From positions 704,001-768,000 of the forward strand of contig CAWAUV010000005.1 of the NCBI GenBank assembly GCA_963785305.1: a stretch of 64,000 nt of DNA, in the 5' to 3' direction. Within the stretch, counting starts at the first letter, position 1. Each line of letters starts with the position of its first letter. The notes beneath the pieces are model-generated. The model saw nothing but the letters and a program-made list of their open reading frames with translations, ran no database searches and was not told the origin of the DNA. This document shows positions 8,572 through 17,906 of this stretch, piece by piece. The position numbers and the translations under genes were made by a program. Source of the stretch: an uncultured Planctomycetaceae bacterium (GTDB taxonomy: Bacteria; Planctomycetota; Planctomycetia; Pirellulales; PALSA-1355).

Positions 8572-8618
8572 TCGCGCGGTTCGCATCGCCGGCTTTGATC
8601 CGCGCATGCGGCGTGAAT

Positions 8619-9611
8619 TTACTTTGACGGACTCGACTTGCCCGGCGCGTCGCCTTGCATTAGCCGCTGGATTTCGGCCGAGATCTCGGTCGCTTGCCGC
8701 TCGGCCTCTGCAATGGGCAAGCCTTTGGCCACGCCCGGCCGCTTGTGTCCGGCGGCGCCCACATAGGCATCGCGAAGCACCGCGATGCGGCGAGCCACCA
8801 GCGGCAAGATTGCTTTCGGCGCTCCTCGCTCGGCGAGCATGCTCGACGGATCGGCCGCCCCGGCGGCGGGACCATCGCCAAAATAGCCGATCAGCGCTTG
8901 AGCCATCAGCCAATGGCCGGCTTCGTCGGGATGCACCGCGTCTTTTTGAAACGTGAAATCAGGATCGCTCTTGCGATGGGCGGCCAGTTTTTCGTTCATC
9001 GCGTTGTGCAGGTCGATCACATTCCAGCCCAGCGCCCGCCGCTCGAGAAGCCAATCGCCGTAGCAGTCGAGGACCGCGTTGTAGGAGAAGTCGCCATGCT
9101 TGCGATGGTCGTCGTAGGTCGGCGGCGTCATGACGATGAACCGCGCTCCCGCGCCGCTCACTCGCTCGGCGAGCCGCTGCTGGCCCGCGCGATAGCGGGC
9201 AAAGCGCTCGGTGTCGAGCGGTTGATAAATGCCGCAGTTGATCCCGTAGCAGGCAATCACCAGATCGGGCTTCGTCGTGGCGAGCACGCGGTCGAGCCGC
9301 TCGAACAGGTCGGGCCGCGGAAAGGCGCCGTTGGCATGTCCCGCTTCGCTGAGGCCGGAAACGGTCTCGCTGGCCAAACCGGCGTCGATCACCATGGGCT
9401 CGCGAGCCAAGCGAAGCGAAACGAGCCAAGCGTCGAAGTCGACGATATAGTGCCCGGCTGCGGTAATGCTATCGCCGAGAAACACGACCCGCCGAGACTG
9501 CTCGAGCCAAGCCCGATGCGTCTCGCCCGATTCGTCGGCGTGCGCCGCCGATGGAATTATCAAGCAGATAGCGGCGACAAACCCGACCGTCAGCCGATGA
9601 AGCGATTGCAT
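8619..9611 (-). CDS. SGNH/GDSL hydrolase, secreted
   Basis: Signal peptide, VVFLGDSIT, CYGINC, DAVHP. Confidence 0.85.
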   Translation of the reverse strand: MQSLHRLTVGFVAAICLIIPSAAHADESGETHRAWLEQSRRVVFLGDSITAAGHYIVDFDAWLVSLRLAREPMVIDAGLASETVSGLSEAGHANGAFPRPDLFERLDRVLATTKPDLVIACYGINCGIYQPLDTERFARYRAGQQRLAERVSGAGARFIVMTPPTYDDHRKHGDFSYNAVLDCYGDWLLERRALGWNVIDLHNAMNEKLAAHRKSDPDFTFQKDAVHPDEAGHWLMAQALIGYFGDGPAAGAADPSSMLAERGAPKAILPLVARRIAVLRDAYVGAAGHKRPGVAKGLPIAEAERQATEISAEIQRLMQGDAPGKSSPSK

Positions 9612-9677
9612 TGCGAAAATTACCTTGGCGCCTATTCCATTCAGAAACGCAGTCGCTCGATCAAGCGCCTCGCGCCG

Positions 9678-10640
9678 CTATCTTACCGGAATCGGTTTCG
9701 CGTCGCTGGGAGCGATCACCGCGTCGCCACGATGCAGGCCCAGGGACACTTGCCCCTTGTCGTTGACGAAGATATCGTCGCGTCCGCCGGACTTGCTCGT
9801 GATCAGATGTTGCACATGGCCATCTTCGAAAAGCACATTCTGGCCGGGCGCCCCGTGGTTGAGGCTCGCGTGGCGAGCCGGGCGAGCGAGCGGCTTGTCG
9901 GCCATGATCGCGAAATTCGAACGCTGCATGTTGCGAGTCGGCTTCGAGCCATCGGGCGATACATGACCCAGACTATAGCCATAGCTGCCGCCCATTCGAC
10001 GTTGCATGTCCGCTAGCGCCTGGCCGCGAGCGGCGTTGAGCTTGGCGAGAGAAGGAATATCGATCGTTCCGGCGCCGCTTTCGGCAAGCGCCGAGGCGGG
10101 GCAGATCAGGCGGCGGGGATCGTCGAGCAAGCCGGCGTCGCGCAACTTGGGAGCATAGACGCCCGCCACCGCTTCGTTGCCCGCGGTCGGCACTTCGGGA
10201 AATGTGTCATGGTGCAAAGAACTGTATTGCGTGAGATCGAGGCCCAACTCGCGCAGGTTGTCACCGCAGGCCGTCAACCGGGCCATCGTGCGGCTTTGAT
10301 TGATCGCCGGCAACAAGATCGCGCAGGCCGCGATGCCCACGCCCACCATGACCAACATATCGGCCAGCGACCAGCGCCGGGCCGGGGCCGGCTTGTCATG
10401 AAACGGATGGCTTGTCGGCGCCACGCTTATTCGGTCGTGGTTCCAGACGAATTCGCAGGCGCGGCGGGCAAGCTCCGGCGGCGGCTCCAGGTCGACCGCC
10501 GATTCGAGAGGCGCGAGGGCGCGGCGCATGGTCGCCAAATCACGCTGGAGGAAGGTGTCGACAGCCAACTGGCGCTCCAGCTGCGCCCGCTGGTCGGGCT
10601 CAATCGCGTTGCATAGGTAACCGATGAGTTCGTCTCGCAT
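9678..10640 (-). CDS. Putative anti-sigma factor with pilin-like TM and DUF1559/H-X9-DG domain
   Basis: Helical N-terminus (ELIGYL...), RRWSLADMLVMVGV TM, PAINQSR...CGDNLRELG, HGAPGQNVLFEDGHV; directly downstream of the ECF sigma gene. Confidence 0.7.
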   Translation of the reverse strand: MRDELIGYLCNAIEPDQRAQLERQLAVDTFLQRDLATMRRALAPLESAVDLEPPPELARRACEFVWNHDRISVAPTSHPFHDKPAPARRWSLADMLVMVGVGIAACAILLPAINQSRTMARLTACGDNLRELGLDLTQYSSLHHDTFPEVPTAGNEAVAGVYAPKLRDAGLLDDPRRLICPASALAESGAGTIDIPSLAKLNAARGQALADMQRRMGGSYGYSLGHVSPDGSKPTRNMQRSNFAIMADKPLARPARHASLNHGAPGQNVLFEDGHVQHLITSKSGGRDDIFVNDKGQVSLGLHRGDAVIAPSDAKPIPVR

Positions 10641-10720
10641 GGCATCACCCGCTTATGAATACAGCCAAAAAAATCTGCTCGGAGGTCTCGCATGCAACAT
10701 GGGCCTGGAGGACGCGCGAT

Positions 10721-11368
10721 TCAACTTTTCTCTTCGTCGGCCATCCAGGCTTCGTTCAATTTCAAAATTGCCGAGTGCATTCGGCTTTTGACGGTTCCCA
10801 CCGGCACTTCGAGCATGTCGGCGGCCTCACGATATTTCAAACCTCGGTAGTAAATTAAATCGACTGTTTGACGAAGTAACTCGGGCAGCGATTCGAGCGC
10901 GTGCTCGACCCACTCTCGCCGCTGATCGGTGTCGAGCCGGGCATCGGGCCGCGGCTCGCGGCTCGACAGCAGTTCGACCAACGCCCCCACATCCTCGTGG
11001 GAGTCGCTTTTCGCGGTCCGATCCAAACTCATCCGCCGATGGCGCTTGTTGCGGCGCTGGATATCGATGGCTTGATGCGTGGCCACCGTATAGAGCCAAG
11101 GGCGAAACCTTCGGCCAGACTCGAACTGGTTGCATTTGAGATGCACCTGCAAAAAGGTGGCTTGAAAAGCATCTTCGGCCAACGTCGCGTCGTTCAAATA
11201 GCGCTTCAGGTAGTTGTATAGCTCCTTCTCATAACGATGCACCAACTGGGCAAAAGCATCGCGATCGCCGTGGTCGCGGTAGCGAGCGAGGAGGCTCTCG
11301 TCGGAACTCCCCGACTCGTCGGGAGCGCCCGCTTGCGAATCCTTGAGATCGTCGGTGGCTTTACCCAT
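10721..11368 (-). CDS. ECF RNA polymerase sigma factor
   Basis: AEDAFQATFL, FRPWLYTVA (region 2); GLKYREAADMLEVPVGTVKSRMH (region 4). Confidence 0.93.
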   Translation of the reverse strand: MGKATDDLKDSQAGAPDESGSSDESLLARYRDHGDRDAFAQLVHRYEKELYNYLKRYLNDATLAEDAFQATFLQVHLKCNQFESGRRFRPWLYTVATHQAIDIQRRNKRHRRMSLDRTAKSDSHEDVGALVELLSSREPRPDARLDTDQRREWVEHALESLPELLRQTVDLIYYRGLKYREAADMLEVPVGTVKSRMHSAILKLNEAWMADEEKS

Positions 11369-11562
11369 GCTTTTTTACGGTTCGGCGCCGCAAGAGGTTC
11401 GCCGACAAAATCCAAAGATATTGGAGCAAAAACGCGATACAAGCGGTCTAGACTGGCGGAAACACCTGGCGCAACAGGCAAGTCGAGACGCTTCACGGCC
11501 AACGGCTTCGCCATTGTAACAAGGGCGTCCGCCGAAACCGAGGGCGCGCCGGGGCGCGAAAA

Positions 11563-11592
11563 TTGACAATATCGTCCCACCGCCGTTAGACT
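11563..11592 (+). promoter_or_regulatory. Putative sigma70 promoter for the permease
   Basis: TTGACA-N18-TAGACT. Confidence 0.4.
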
Positions 11593-11607
11593 TTCGTCGC
11601 CGGCGCC

Positions 11608-13401
11608 TTGACCGGCCAACCCCGCTCCCGAACGGCCGATCGCGTTTTGAAAACCAGTCCCGGCAAAAGTTCATCAGTCCCCTCGGCCCAGGCGCTCGCG
11701 CCGCCGGAATCGCTCGCGCCGCTATCATTTGGCCGCCTTTTTTTGGGCCCCGGCGAGCTCAACGCCTTTTTCGGCCTCATGCTCGACAATGTGGCCGACA
11801 TGGTGCTCCTGGTCAGCCTTCTTACCGGCATCTTTGGTTTTCCGGTCGAATTCGTGCTCAGCCACATGATTCCCGGCACGGCGCTCGGAGTGCTCGTGGG
11901 CGATTTGGCCTATACGGCCATGGCCACGCGCCTGTCGCGCCGCCTGGGCCGGCCGGCGACCGCCATGCCGCTGGGGCTCGACACGCCCAGCACTTTTGGC
12001 ATGGTGTCGTTCGTGCTTGGCCCAGCATACAAGGCGGCGCTTGCCGGGGGGGCTACCGTCGAAGTCGCGGCCACCAGCGCCTGGCGCATCGGCATCTGCG
12101 CCATCGTGCTCAGCGGGGTGTTCAAGCTGGCCTGCTCGCTCGCGGCCGGTTCGGTTCGCCGGCTTGTTCCCCGCGCCGGGCTTTTGGGTTCGCTCGCCGC
12201 GATCGCGCTGGTTTTAATCAGCTTTCTGCCGCTACTCGAAGTGTTCGAGTCGCCGCTCGTGGGAATTACGCCGCTGGTCATTATTCTCGGCTCGCTCGTG
12301 GCGGGGCTGGCGTTTCCAGGCCGCATGCCCGGCTCGCTCGTGGCGGTGGTGGTGGGCAGCGGGCTGTATTACGCGGTGCATGGTCTCGCGCCCGCCGCGG
12401 GGCTTGGGCCGGCGGCCGAGCTTGGCCCCGGCCCCACGGCTTGGTGGCCCACCGCGTGGCTCGATGCTTGGCGTTTTGAGTGGCTCGGATCGCTGGGAGC
12501 CACGCTGCCCTACTTGCCGGTGGTGATTCCCTTTGCCTTGGCCACGGTGGTCGGTGGAATCGACTGCACCGAGAGCGCGGCGGCCGTGGGCGATGAATAC
12601 GACACGCGATCGGTGATCGCCATTGAGGGACTAGCGGCGATCGTCGCTGGTTGTTCGGGCGGGGTGATCCAGTCGACGCCCTATATCGGACATCCCGCCT
12701 ACAAGGCCATGGGCGGCCGCGCCGGCTACACGCTGGCCACCGCGATCTTGGTCGGCGCGGCCGGCGTCATCGGTTTCTTTTCACTGCTCAACGATTGGCT
12801 GCCCAAGGCGGCGGTGTTTCCGATTCTGGTCTTCATCGGCCTCGAGATCACGAAGCAAAGCTACCTGGCGATGCCGCGGCGACACTATGCCGCCGTGGCC
12901 CTGGCGTGCGTGCCGGCGATGGCGTATCTGGTGATGATGTTCGTCGACAATCTGCTCGGACAAACCGGCCTCTCGCTCGAAAGCTTGCCGCCCACGCTAG
13001 GGCACACTCTGCAAACTCTGCGAATGCTGGCCAATGGCTTCGTGGTGACGAGCCTGCTATGGGGATCGATGTTGGCGGCGCTGGTCGATCGGCGGTTCAA
13101 CGCCGCGGCGGTTTATCTGGCAATCGCCGGCGCTTGCAGTTTGTTCGGCGTCATTCATTCGCCATTTGCCGGCAGCCCGCTGGCGTGGCCCTGGGGACTG
13201 CCGGCCCAACTTCCCGTGGCCGAGCAAGGACCCTGGCGATTGCTGGCGGCCTACTTGTTGGCGGCGGGGTTTGTGGCGGCGTGGGGATTTTTCTCGCCCG
13301 CCCCGACGCCGGCGCGGCAGGAAACGGCGCCCCTCGGGAAGCATGATGCTTCCGATCATCGCTCCGTTCGCCCGAATGCGCCGGTTATGCCGATTGCGTG
13401 A
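11608..13401 (+). CDS. NCS2/AzgA-like xanthine/uracil-type permease
   Basis: More than 12 hydrophobic segments; TAMPLGLDTPS and TPYIGHPAYKAMGGRAGYTLAT motifs; start uncertain. Confidence 0.75.
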   Translation: MTGQPRSRTADRVLKTSPGKSSSVPSAQALAPPESLAPLSFGRLFLGPGELNAFFGLMLDNVADMVLLVSLLTGIFGFPVEFVLSHMIPGTALGVLVGDLAYTAMATRLSRRLGRPATAMPLGLDTPSTFGMVSFVLGPAYKAALAGGATVEVAATSAWRIGICAIVLSGVFKLACSLAAGSVRRLVPRAGLLGSLAAIALVLISFLPLLEVFESPLVGITPLVIILGSLVAGLAFPGRMPGSLVAVVVGSGLYYAVHGLAPAAGLGPAAELGPGPTAWWPTAWLDAWRFEWLGSLGATLPYLPVVIPFALATVVGGIDCTESAAAVGDEYDTRSVIAIEGLAAIVAGCSGGVIQSTPYIGHPAYKAMGGRAGYTLATAILVGAAGVIGFFSLLNDWLPKAAVFPILVFIGLEITKQSYLAMPRRHYAAVALACVPAMAYLVMMFVDNLLGQTGLSLESLPPTLGHTLQTLRMLANGFVVTSLLWGSMLAALVDRRFNAAAVYLAIAGACSLFGVIHSPFAGSPLAWPWGLPAQLPVAEQGPWRLLAAYLLAAGFVAAWGFFSPAPTPARQETAPLGKHDASDHRSVRPNAPVMPIA

Positions 13402-13633
13402 ACGAGTGAAGCCGTGCGCGTGTTACGATGCGGTTACGGCTGATTGCCAATCGTGTCAAGCGGCTCGTATACTGAAATTCGTCGTCTCCGCGAGGGCGCC
13501 TCGCGGGGCTCTTCGCGCCGATCGGCCTTGCCGAGCCCTGCTTGGTTCGCCGCGGCTGCCCTTTCTCGCCGATCACAAGCGTTCGGCGCCCGTTTCATAT
13601 TTCGACCGCCGTCTTCTCGAGGAACATCCGGCC

Positions 13634-14614
13634 ATGATCATCACGCGGAGTCCGATGCGAATCTCGCTCGGCGGCGGCGGAACGGATTTGCCCTCGTATT
13701 ACCGGCGGCATAGCGGATTTCTCATCGCCGCCGCGATCGACAAATATGCCTATATCACGCTCCACCACACCTTCGATCCGCGGCTCATCATTCGCTATTC
13801 GAAGCTCGAAGACGTGAAAACGGTCGACGAAGTGCAGCATCCGATCGTCCGCGAATGCTTGCGAATGTTCGACATCCAGAATCCAAGCCTCGAAATCACG
13901 AGCCTCGCCGATATTCCGGCCGGCACCGGGCTCGGCTCCTCGGGCAGCTTCACCACGGCCCTGCTCAAAGCGCTGCATGTGGCCCGAAAGGATTCGGTGC
14001 GAGCCCACGAGCTGGCCGAGGAAGCATGTTGCATCGAGATCGAGCGGCTGCGCGAGCCGATCGGCAAGCAGGATCAATTCATCGCCGCCTACGGCGGGCT
14101 CATGTGCTTTCAATTCCTTCCCAACGAGCAGGTCGTGGCCACTCCGCTCACGGTCGACGCCGAGACTCTCTACAATCTCGAGGACAACCTGGTGCTGTTT
14201 TTCACCGGCTATAGCCGCTCGGCCTCGAATATCCTTCGCGAGCAAGACACGCGCAGCCGCGAAATGGACTCGAGGATGATCGACAACCTGCACTTCGTGA
14301 AAGACCTGGGCTACCAGAGCAAGGAAGCGCTCGAACGGGGCGATCTTTCGAAATTCGCCGAGTTGATGCGAATCCACTGGGACCACAAAAAACAGCGCAG
14401 CGGCAATATGTCGAACACCGATATCGACACCTGGCACGCGCTCGGCATGAAGAACGGCGCGCTGGGCGGCAAGCTGATCGGCGCCGGCGGCGGCGGATTC
14501 CTGATGTTCTACGCCGAGGATAAAACCAAATTGCGACATGCCATGATGGGCGCCGGACTGCGCGAAGTGCGCTTTCGCTTCGACTTCGAAGGAACCCGAG
14601 TGCTTGCTCATTGA
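13634..14614 (+). CDS. hddA: GHMP kinase, D-glycero-alpha-D-manno-heptose-7-phosphate kinase-like
   Basis: RSPMRISLGGGGTD, PAGTGLGSSG, IGKQDQ, GGKLIGAGGGG. Confidence 0.8.
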   Translation: MIITRSPMRISLGGGGTDLPSYYRRHSGFLIAAAIDKYAYITLHHTFDPRLIIRYSKLEDVKTVDEVQHPIVRECLRMFDIQNPSLEITSLADIPAGTGLGSSGSFTTALLKALHVARKDSVRAHELAEEACCIEIERLREPIGKQDQFIAAYGGLMCFQFLPNEQVVATPLTVDAETLYNLEDNLVLFFTGYSRSASNILREQDTRSREMDSRMIDNLHFVKDLGYQSKEALERGDLSKFAELMRIHWDHKKQRSGNMSNTDIDTWHALGMKNGALGGKLIGAGGGGFLMFYAEDKTKLRHAMMGAGLREVRFRFDFEGTRVLAH

Positions 14615-14718
14615 AAGAGCGGCGGCGCCGATTTGCCTTGCCGACCCTCGGAACCAGCCACGCCGGGGCCGGACCGTTCCGTGCGGTTTTCCCGTCCCGT
14701 GCTCGAAGGATCGATCAA

Positions 14719-15443
14719 ATGACCGACATCGCGGATGTGCCGGTGGCAATTCTGGCGGGCGGACTGGGCACGCGATTGGCGCGGTCACCACCACGCTGCC
14801 CAAGGCCATGGTCGATGTAAACGGCAAGCCGTTTATCGACCATCAGCTCGAGCTCTTGCGGCGCGAGGGAGTGCGCAAAGTAGTGCTCTGCGTCGGCCAC
14901 TTGAGCCATGTCGTGCGCGAGCATCTGGGCGATGGCTCGGCCTGGGACCTCGAGCTCGTCTATTCGTTCGACGGCGACAAACTGCTCGGGCCCGGCGGAG
15001 CGCTGCGCCGCGCGGCCCCGCTCCTGGGCGAGCTGTTTTTCGTGATGTACGGCGATTCGTATCTCAATATCGACCTACGGGCCATGCTCGCCTATTTCGA
15101 GCGCCGACGAGCGCTTGGCCTGATGACGGTCATTCGCAACGAAAACCGCTGGGACAAGAGCAATGTGATTTTCGAGCGCGGCTCGCTCGTTCGCTATGAT
15201 AAGCGCCGGCCCGCGCCGAGATGCGATATATCGACTATGGCGCCGCCCTATTGCGGCGCGAGGCGCTCGAGCGCATCGAGCCCGACACCGCCCATGATCT
15301 GGCCGATCTGTACACGGGCCTGGTCGAAGAACGTCAAATGCTGGGGTACGAAGTCTTCACCCGGTTTTACGAAATCGGCTCACCCCAGGGACTCGAGGAA
15401 ACACGCGACTACTTACACTCTTTATCGTTGGAGAATCCCGTGA
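14719..15443 (+). CDS. Sugar-phosphate nucleotidyltransferase, HddC-like (frameshifted)
   Basis: VAILAGGLGTRL | LPKAMVDVNGKPF...MYGDSYL | YIDYG...FYEIGSPQGL spread over three frames. Confidence 0.8.
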
Positions 15444-16036
15444 CCTATACATCGCAATACATCGGCGAGGCGACGCGCATTCTTGCCGAGCTCGATCAAT
15501 CGCAAATCGAACGCATGGCCGAACTGCTCGTCGACCTGCGCGCCCAGGGCGGACGCATCTTCTTTCTCGGCGTCGGCGGCAGCGCGGCCAATGCCTCGCA
15601 CGCCGTGAACGACTTCCGCAAGATTGCCCAGATCGAATCCTATGCGCCGACCGACAATGTGTCCGAACTCACGGCCCGCGTGAACGACGATGGCTGGGAC
15701 ACCAGTTTCGCCAACTATCTGCGCGGCAGTCGGCTTTCGGATCGCGACATGGTGTTTATCTTCTCGGTGGGCGGCGGCAATTTGGAAAAAAACGTGAGCG
15801 CCGATATCGTGCGCGCCTTGCAACTGGCCCGCGAAGTGGGCGCTCGCATTTGCGGCATCGTGGGCCGCGACGGCGGTTACACGGCCCAGGTGGCCGACGC
15901 GGTGGTGATCGTTCCGACCGTGAATCCCGAGTCGATCACTCCCCATGCCGAGGCGTTTCAGGCCGTGGTATGGCACCTGCTCGTGTCGCACCCGTCGCTG
16001 AGAGCGGCGCCGATGAAGTGGGAATCGACGAAGTGA
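15440..16036 (+). CDS. gmhA: SIS-domain phosphoheptose isomerase-like protein
   Basis: GTG start with GGAG RBS; FFLGVGGSAANASHAVNDF, LTARVNDDGW, GIVGRDGG. Confidence 0.78.
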   Translation: MTYTSQYIGEATRILAELDQSQIERMAELLVDLRAQGGRIFFLGVGGSAANASHAVNDFRKIAQIESYAPTDNVSELTARVNDDGWDTSFANYLRGSRLSDRDMVFIFSVGGGNLEKNVSADIVRALQLAREVGARICGIVGRDGGYTAQVADAVVIVPTVNPESITPHAEAFQAVVWHLLVSHPSLRAAPMKWESTK

Positions 16037-16184
16037 CGGTGTTTTCGATGGCAGTTACCCGCTTGGCGCTCGGGCGCCGGCGCGGGATAATCGGGCGAAC
16101 GATTTTGGCGGCGATCGCGCCCGGCGCGCTCGTCCGCTCCGCCGCCGTGAACCGCCGCCACCGTCTCACCCATTTTGAAGAACC

Positions 16185-16997
16185 ATGCCTCGTTCCGTCG
16201 TTCGCGTGCTTGCATTGACGGGCTGCGTCATCTTGCTCTATTTCGCCTTTACGATTCGGCGCGGCCGGCTCGAATCGGTGGAAACCGAGCAGGCCGAACA
16301 CACGACGCCGTCGCCCAAGCATGTCACCCCGTTTACGCTCATCGATCAAGACGGAAAGCCATTTGACACCGCCTCGCTCGCGGGCCGGGTATGGGTGGGA
16401 AGTTTCTTTTTCACCGCCTGCCCGTCGGTGTGCATTCGGCTCAATCAAACGATCGCCGCCATGATCGCCGCCGATCCGAAGTCGGATGTTCACTTCGTGA
16501 GCATCACGTGCGACCCCGACAACGACACGCCCGAAATGCTCGCCCGCTACGCCATGCATTTCAAAGCCGACCCGCTGCGGTGGACCTTTTTGACCGGCGA
16601 TCTCGAAAAAATCAAACGCATCGGCTTCGAGGACTTTCAGGTCAGCGTGCAAAAGGGCGAACATTCCGACCGCACATTCGCCGTCGACCGCTCGGGCCAC
16701 ATCCGCGGCTATTATCGCATCACGGAGCCCGGGCAGCGCGAACGGCTCGTGAAGCTGCTGGCGAAACTCGAATCCGAGCCGGCGCCGGCCCCGGATTCCC
16801 AGTCCGCCGGCACACCGGCCAGCGCCCGCCAACCGAGGCAAAGCGCCCATGACCGGAGATTTCTTCATGGCCCCGGTCTCGCTTCTGGGCGCGATCCATC
16901 CGCTGGCCACGCTCAACGCCGCGCTCAACGCCACGGCCACGCTCCTGCTCGTGGCCGGCTATGTGCTCATCAAGCGGCGCCGCGAAGTGGCCCATAA
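16185..16997 (+). CDS. SCO1/SenC copper chaperone
   Basis: FFFTACPSVC, SITCDPDND, HSDR; the true stop may be 16852 (ATGA overlap with the next gene) if the tail is frameshifted. Confidence 0.88.
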   Translation: MPRSVVRVLALTGCVILLYFAFTIRRGRLESVETEQAEHTTPSPKHVTPFTLIDQDGKPFDTASLAGRVWVGSFFFTACPSVCIRLNQTIAAMIAADPKSDVHFVSITCDPDNDTPEMLARYAMHFKADPLRWTFLTGDLEKIKRIGFEDFQVSVQKGEHSDRTFAVDRSGHIRGYYRITEPGQRERLVKLLAKLESEPAPAPDSQSAGTPASARQPRQSAHDRRFLHGPGLASGRDPSAGHAQRRAQRHGHAPARGRLCAHQAAPRSGP

Positions 16998-17319
16998 GTG
17001 GGTCATGCTCGCCGCGTTTGCCGTGTCGATCGTGTTTTTGGTGTGCTATCTCGTGTACCATTATCTGGTCGGCAGCGTGAAGTTCGTCGGCGAGGGTCCG
17101 GTTCGCGGCGTGTATTACACGATCTTGGTGACGCATGTGCTGTTGGCGGCCACGGTTCCGTTTTTGGCCGGGCGCACTATTTATCTCGGCCTCAAAGACC
17201 GTCGCGCCGAGCACAAGCGATGGGCCTGGTGGACATTTCCGATTTGGCTCTACGTTTCCATAACCGGAGTCGTGATCTACGCGATGCTCTACCATCTCTA
17301 TCCCGCGACCGGCGGGTGA
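16849..17319 (+). CDS. DUF420 (YozB-like) membrane protein
   Basis: LNAALNA...H...FLVCYLVYH...ILVTHVLLA...HKRWA..TFPIWLYVSITGV. Confidence 0.88.
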   Translation: MTGDFFMAPVSLLGAIHPLATLNAALNATATLLLVAGYVLIKRRREVAHKWVMLAAFAVSIVFLVCYLVYHYLVGSVKFVGEGPVRGVYYTILVTHVLLAATVPFLAGRTIYLGLKDRRAEHKRWAWWTFPIWLYVSITGVVIYAMLYHLYPATGG

Positions 17320-17361
17320 TTTGTGGAAGCGAGTTCTCGCGAGTCCCGAAACGAGGAACCC

Positions 17362-17688
17362 ATGAATAGCGATCGCCTGCTCAATACGACTATCTCGGCT
17401 CGCTCTCTGGCCACGGCGATGGCCCTGGTGGCGACCTCGCTCTGGAACACGTCGGCCTGGGCATGCCCGACCTGCAAAGAGGCCCTGGCGGGCAACGGCG
17501 GTGGCGGCGATCTGGCGGCGGCGTTCAGCTATAGCATCTTGTTCATGATGGCGATGCCCTTCCTGCTGACCGGCGCGGTGTCGCTGGGCATGCGCCGCGC
17601 CGTGCTCCAGGCCCGAGCCACGGGTTGGGGACAATCGCTCGACGAAGCCCCGAGCGACGACGTGTCGGCCCGGGAGCCGACCGCATAA
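17362..17688 (+). CDS. Small membrane protein with CPxC motif
   Basis: Signal peptide, AWACPTCKE, TM segment FSYSILFMMAMPF; GAGGA RBS. Confidence 0.65.
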   Translation: MNSDRLLNTTISARSLATAMALVATSLWNTSAWACPTCKEALAGNGGGGDLAAAFSYSILFMMAMPFLLTGAVSLGMRRAVLQARATGWGQSLDEAPSDDVSAREPTA

Positions 17689-17906
17689 TCCCGTCAAAAA
17701 CGCTTCTGCTACTTTCCCCCGAGTTCATTCGCCCTTATAATGCCGATCGCTGGGACGACGGATCGAAGTCGAGCGAGCGGCAGTGGTTGCGCGGCGCGGG
17801 ACCAAGCTGCGTTTCGCGACTCCGCGAGGGCCATTGAATGGGCGCAGCTTCCCGAGGCGGTTTTTTTCGCGGCGGTACTGTTCGCGCCGGCGCCGCTCGC
17901 CCTCTC

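Noticed and set aside
15221..16036. Apparent HddC-GmhA fusion ORF
   Set aside because: GmhA has its own GGAG RBS and GTG at 15440, overlapped by a TGA (GTGA coupling); one more indel in an error-rich sequence explains the read-through.
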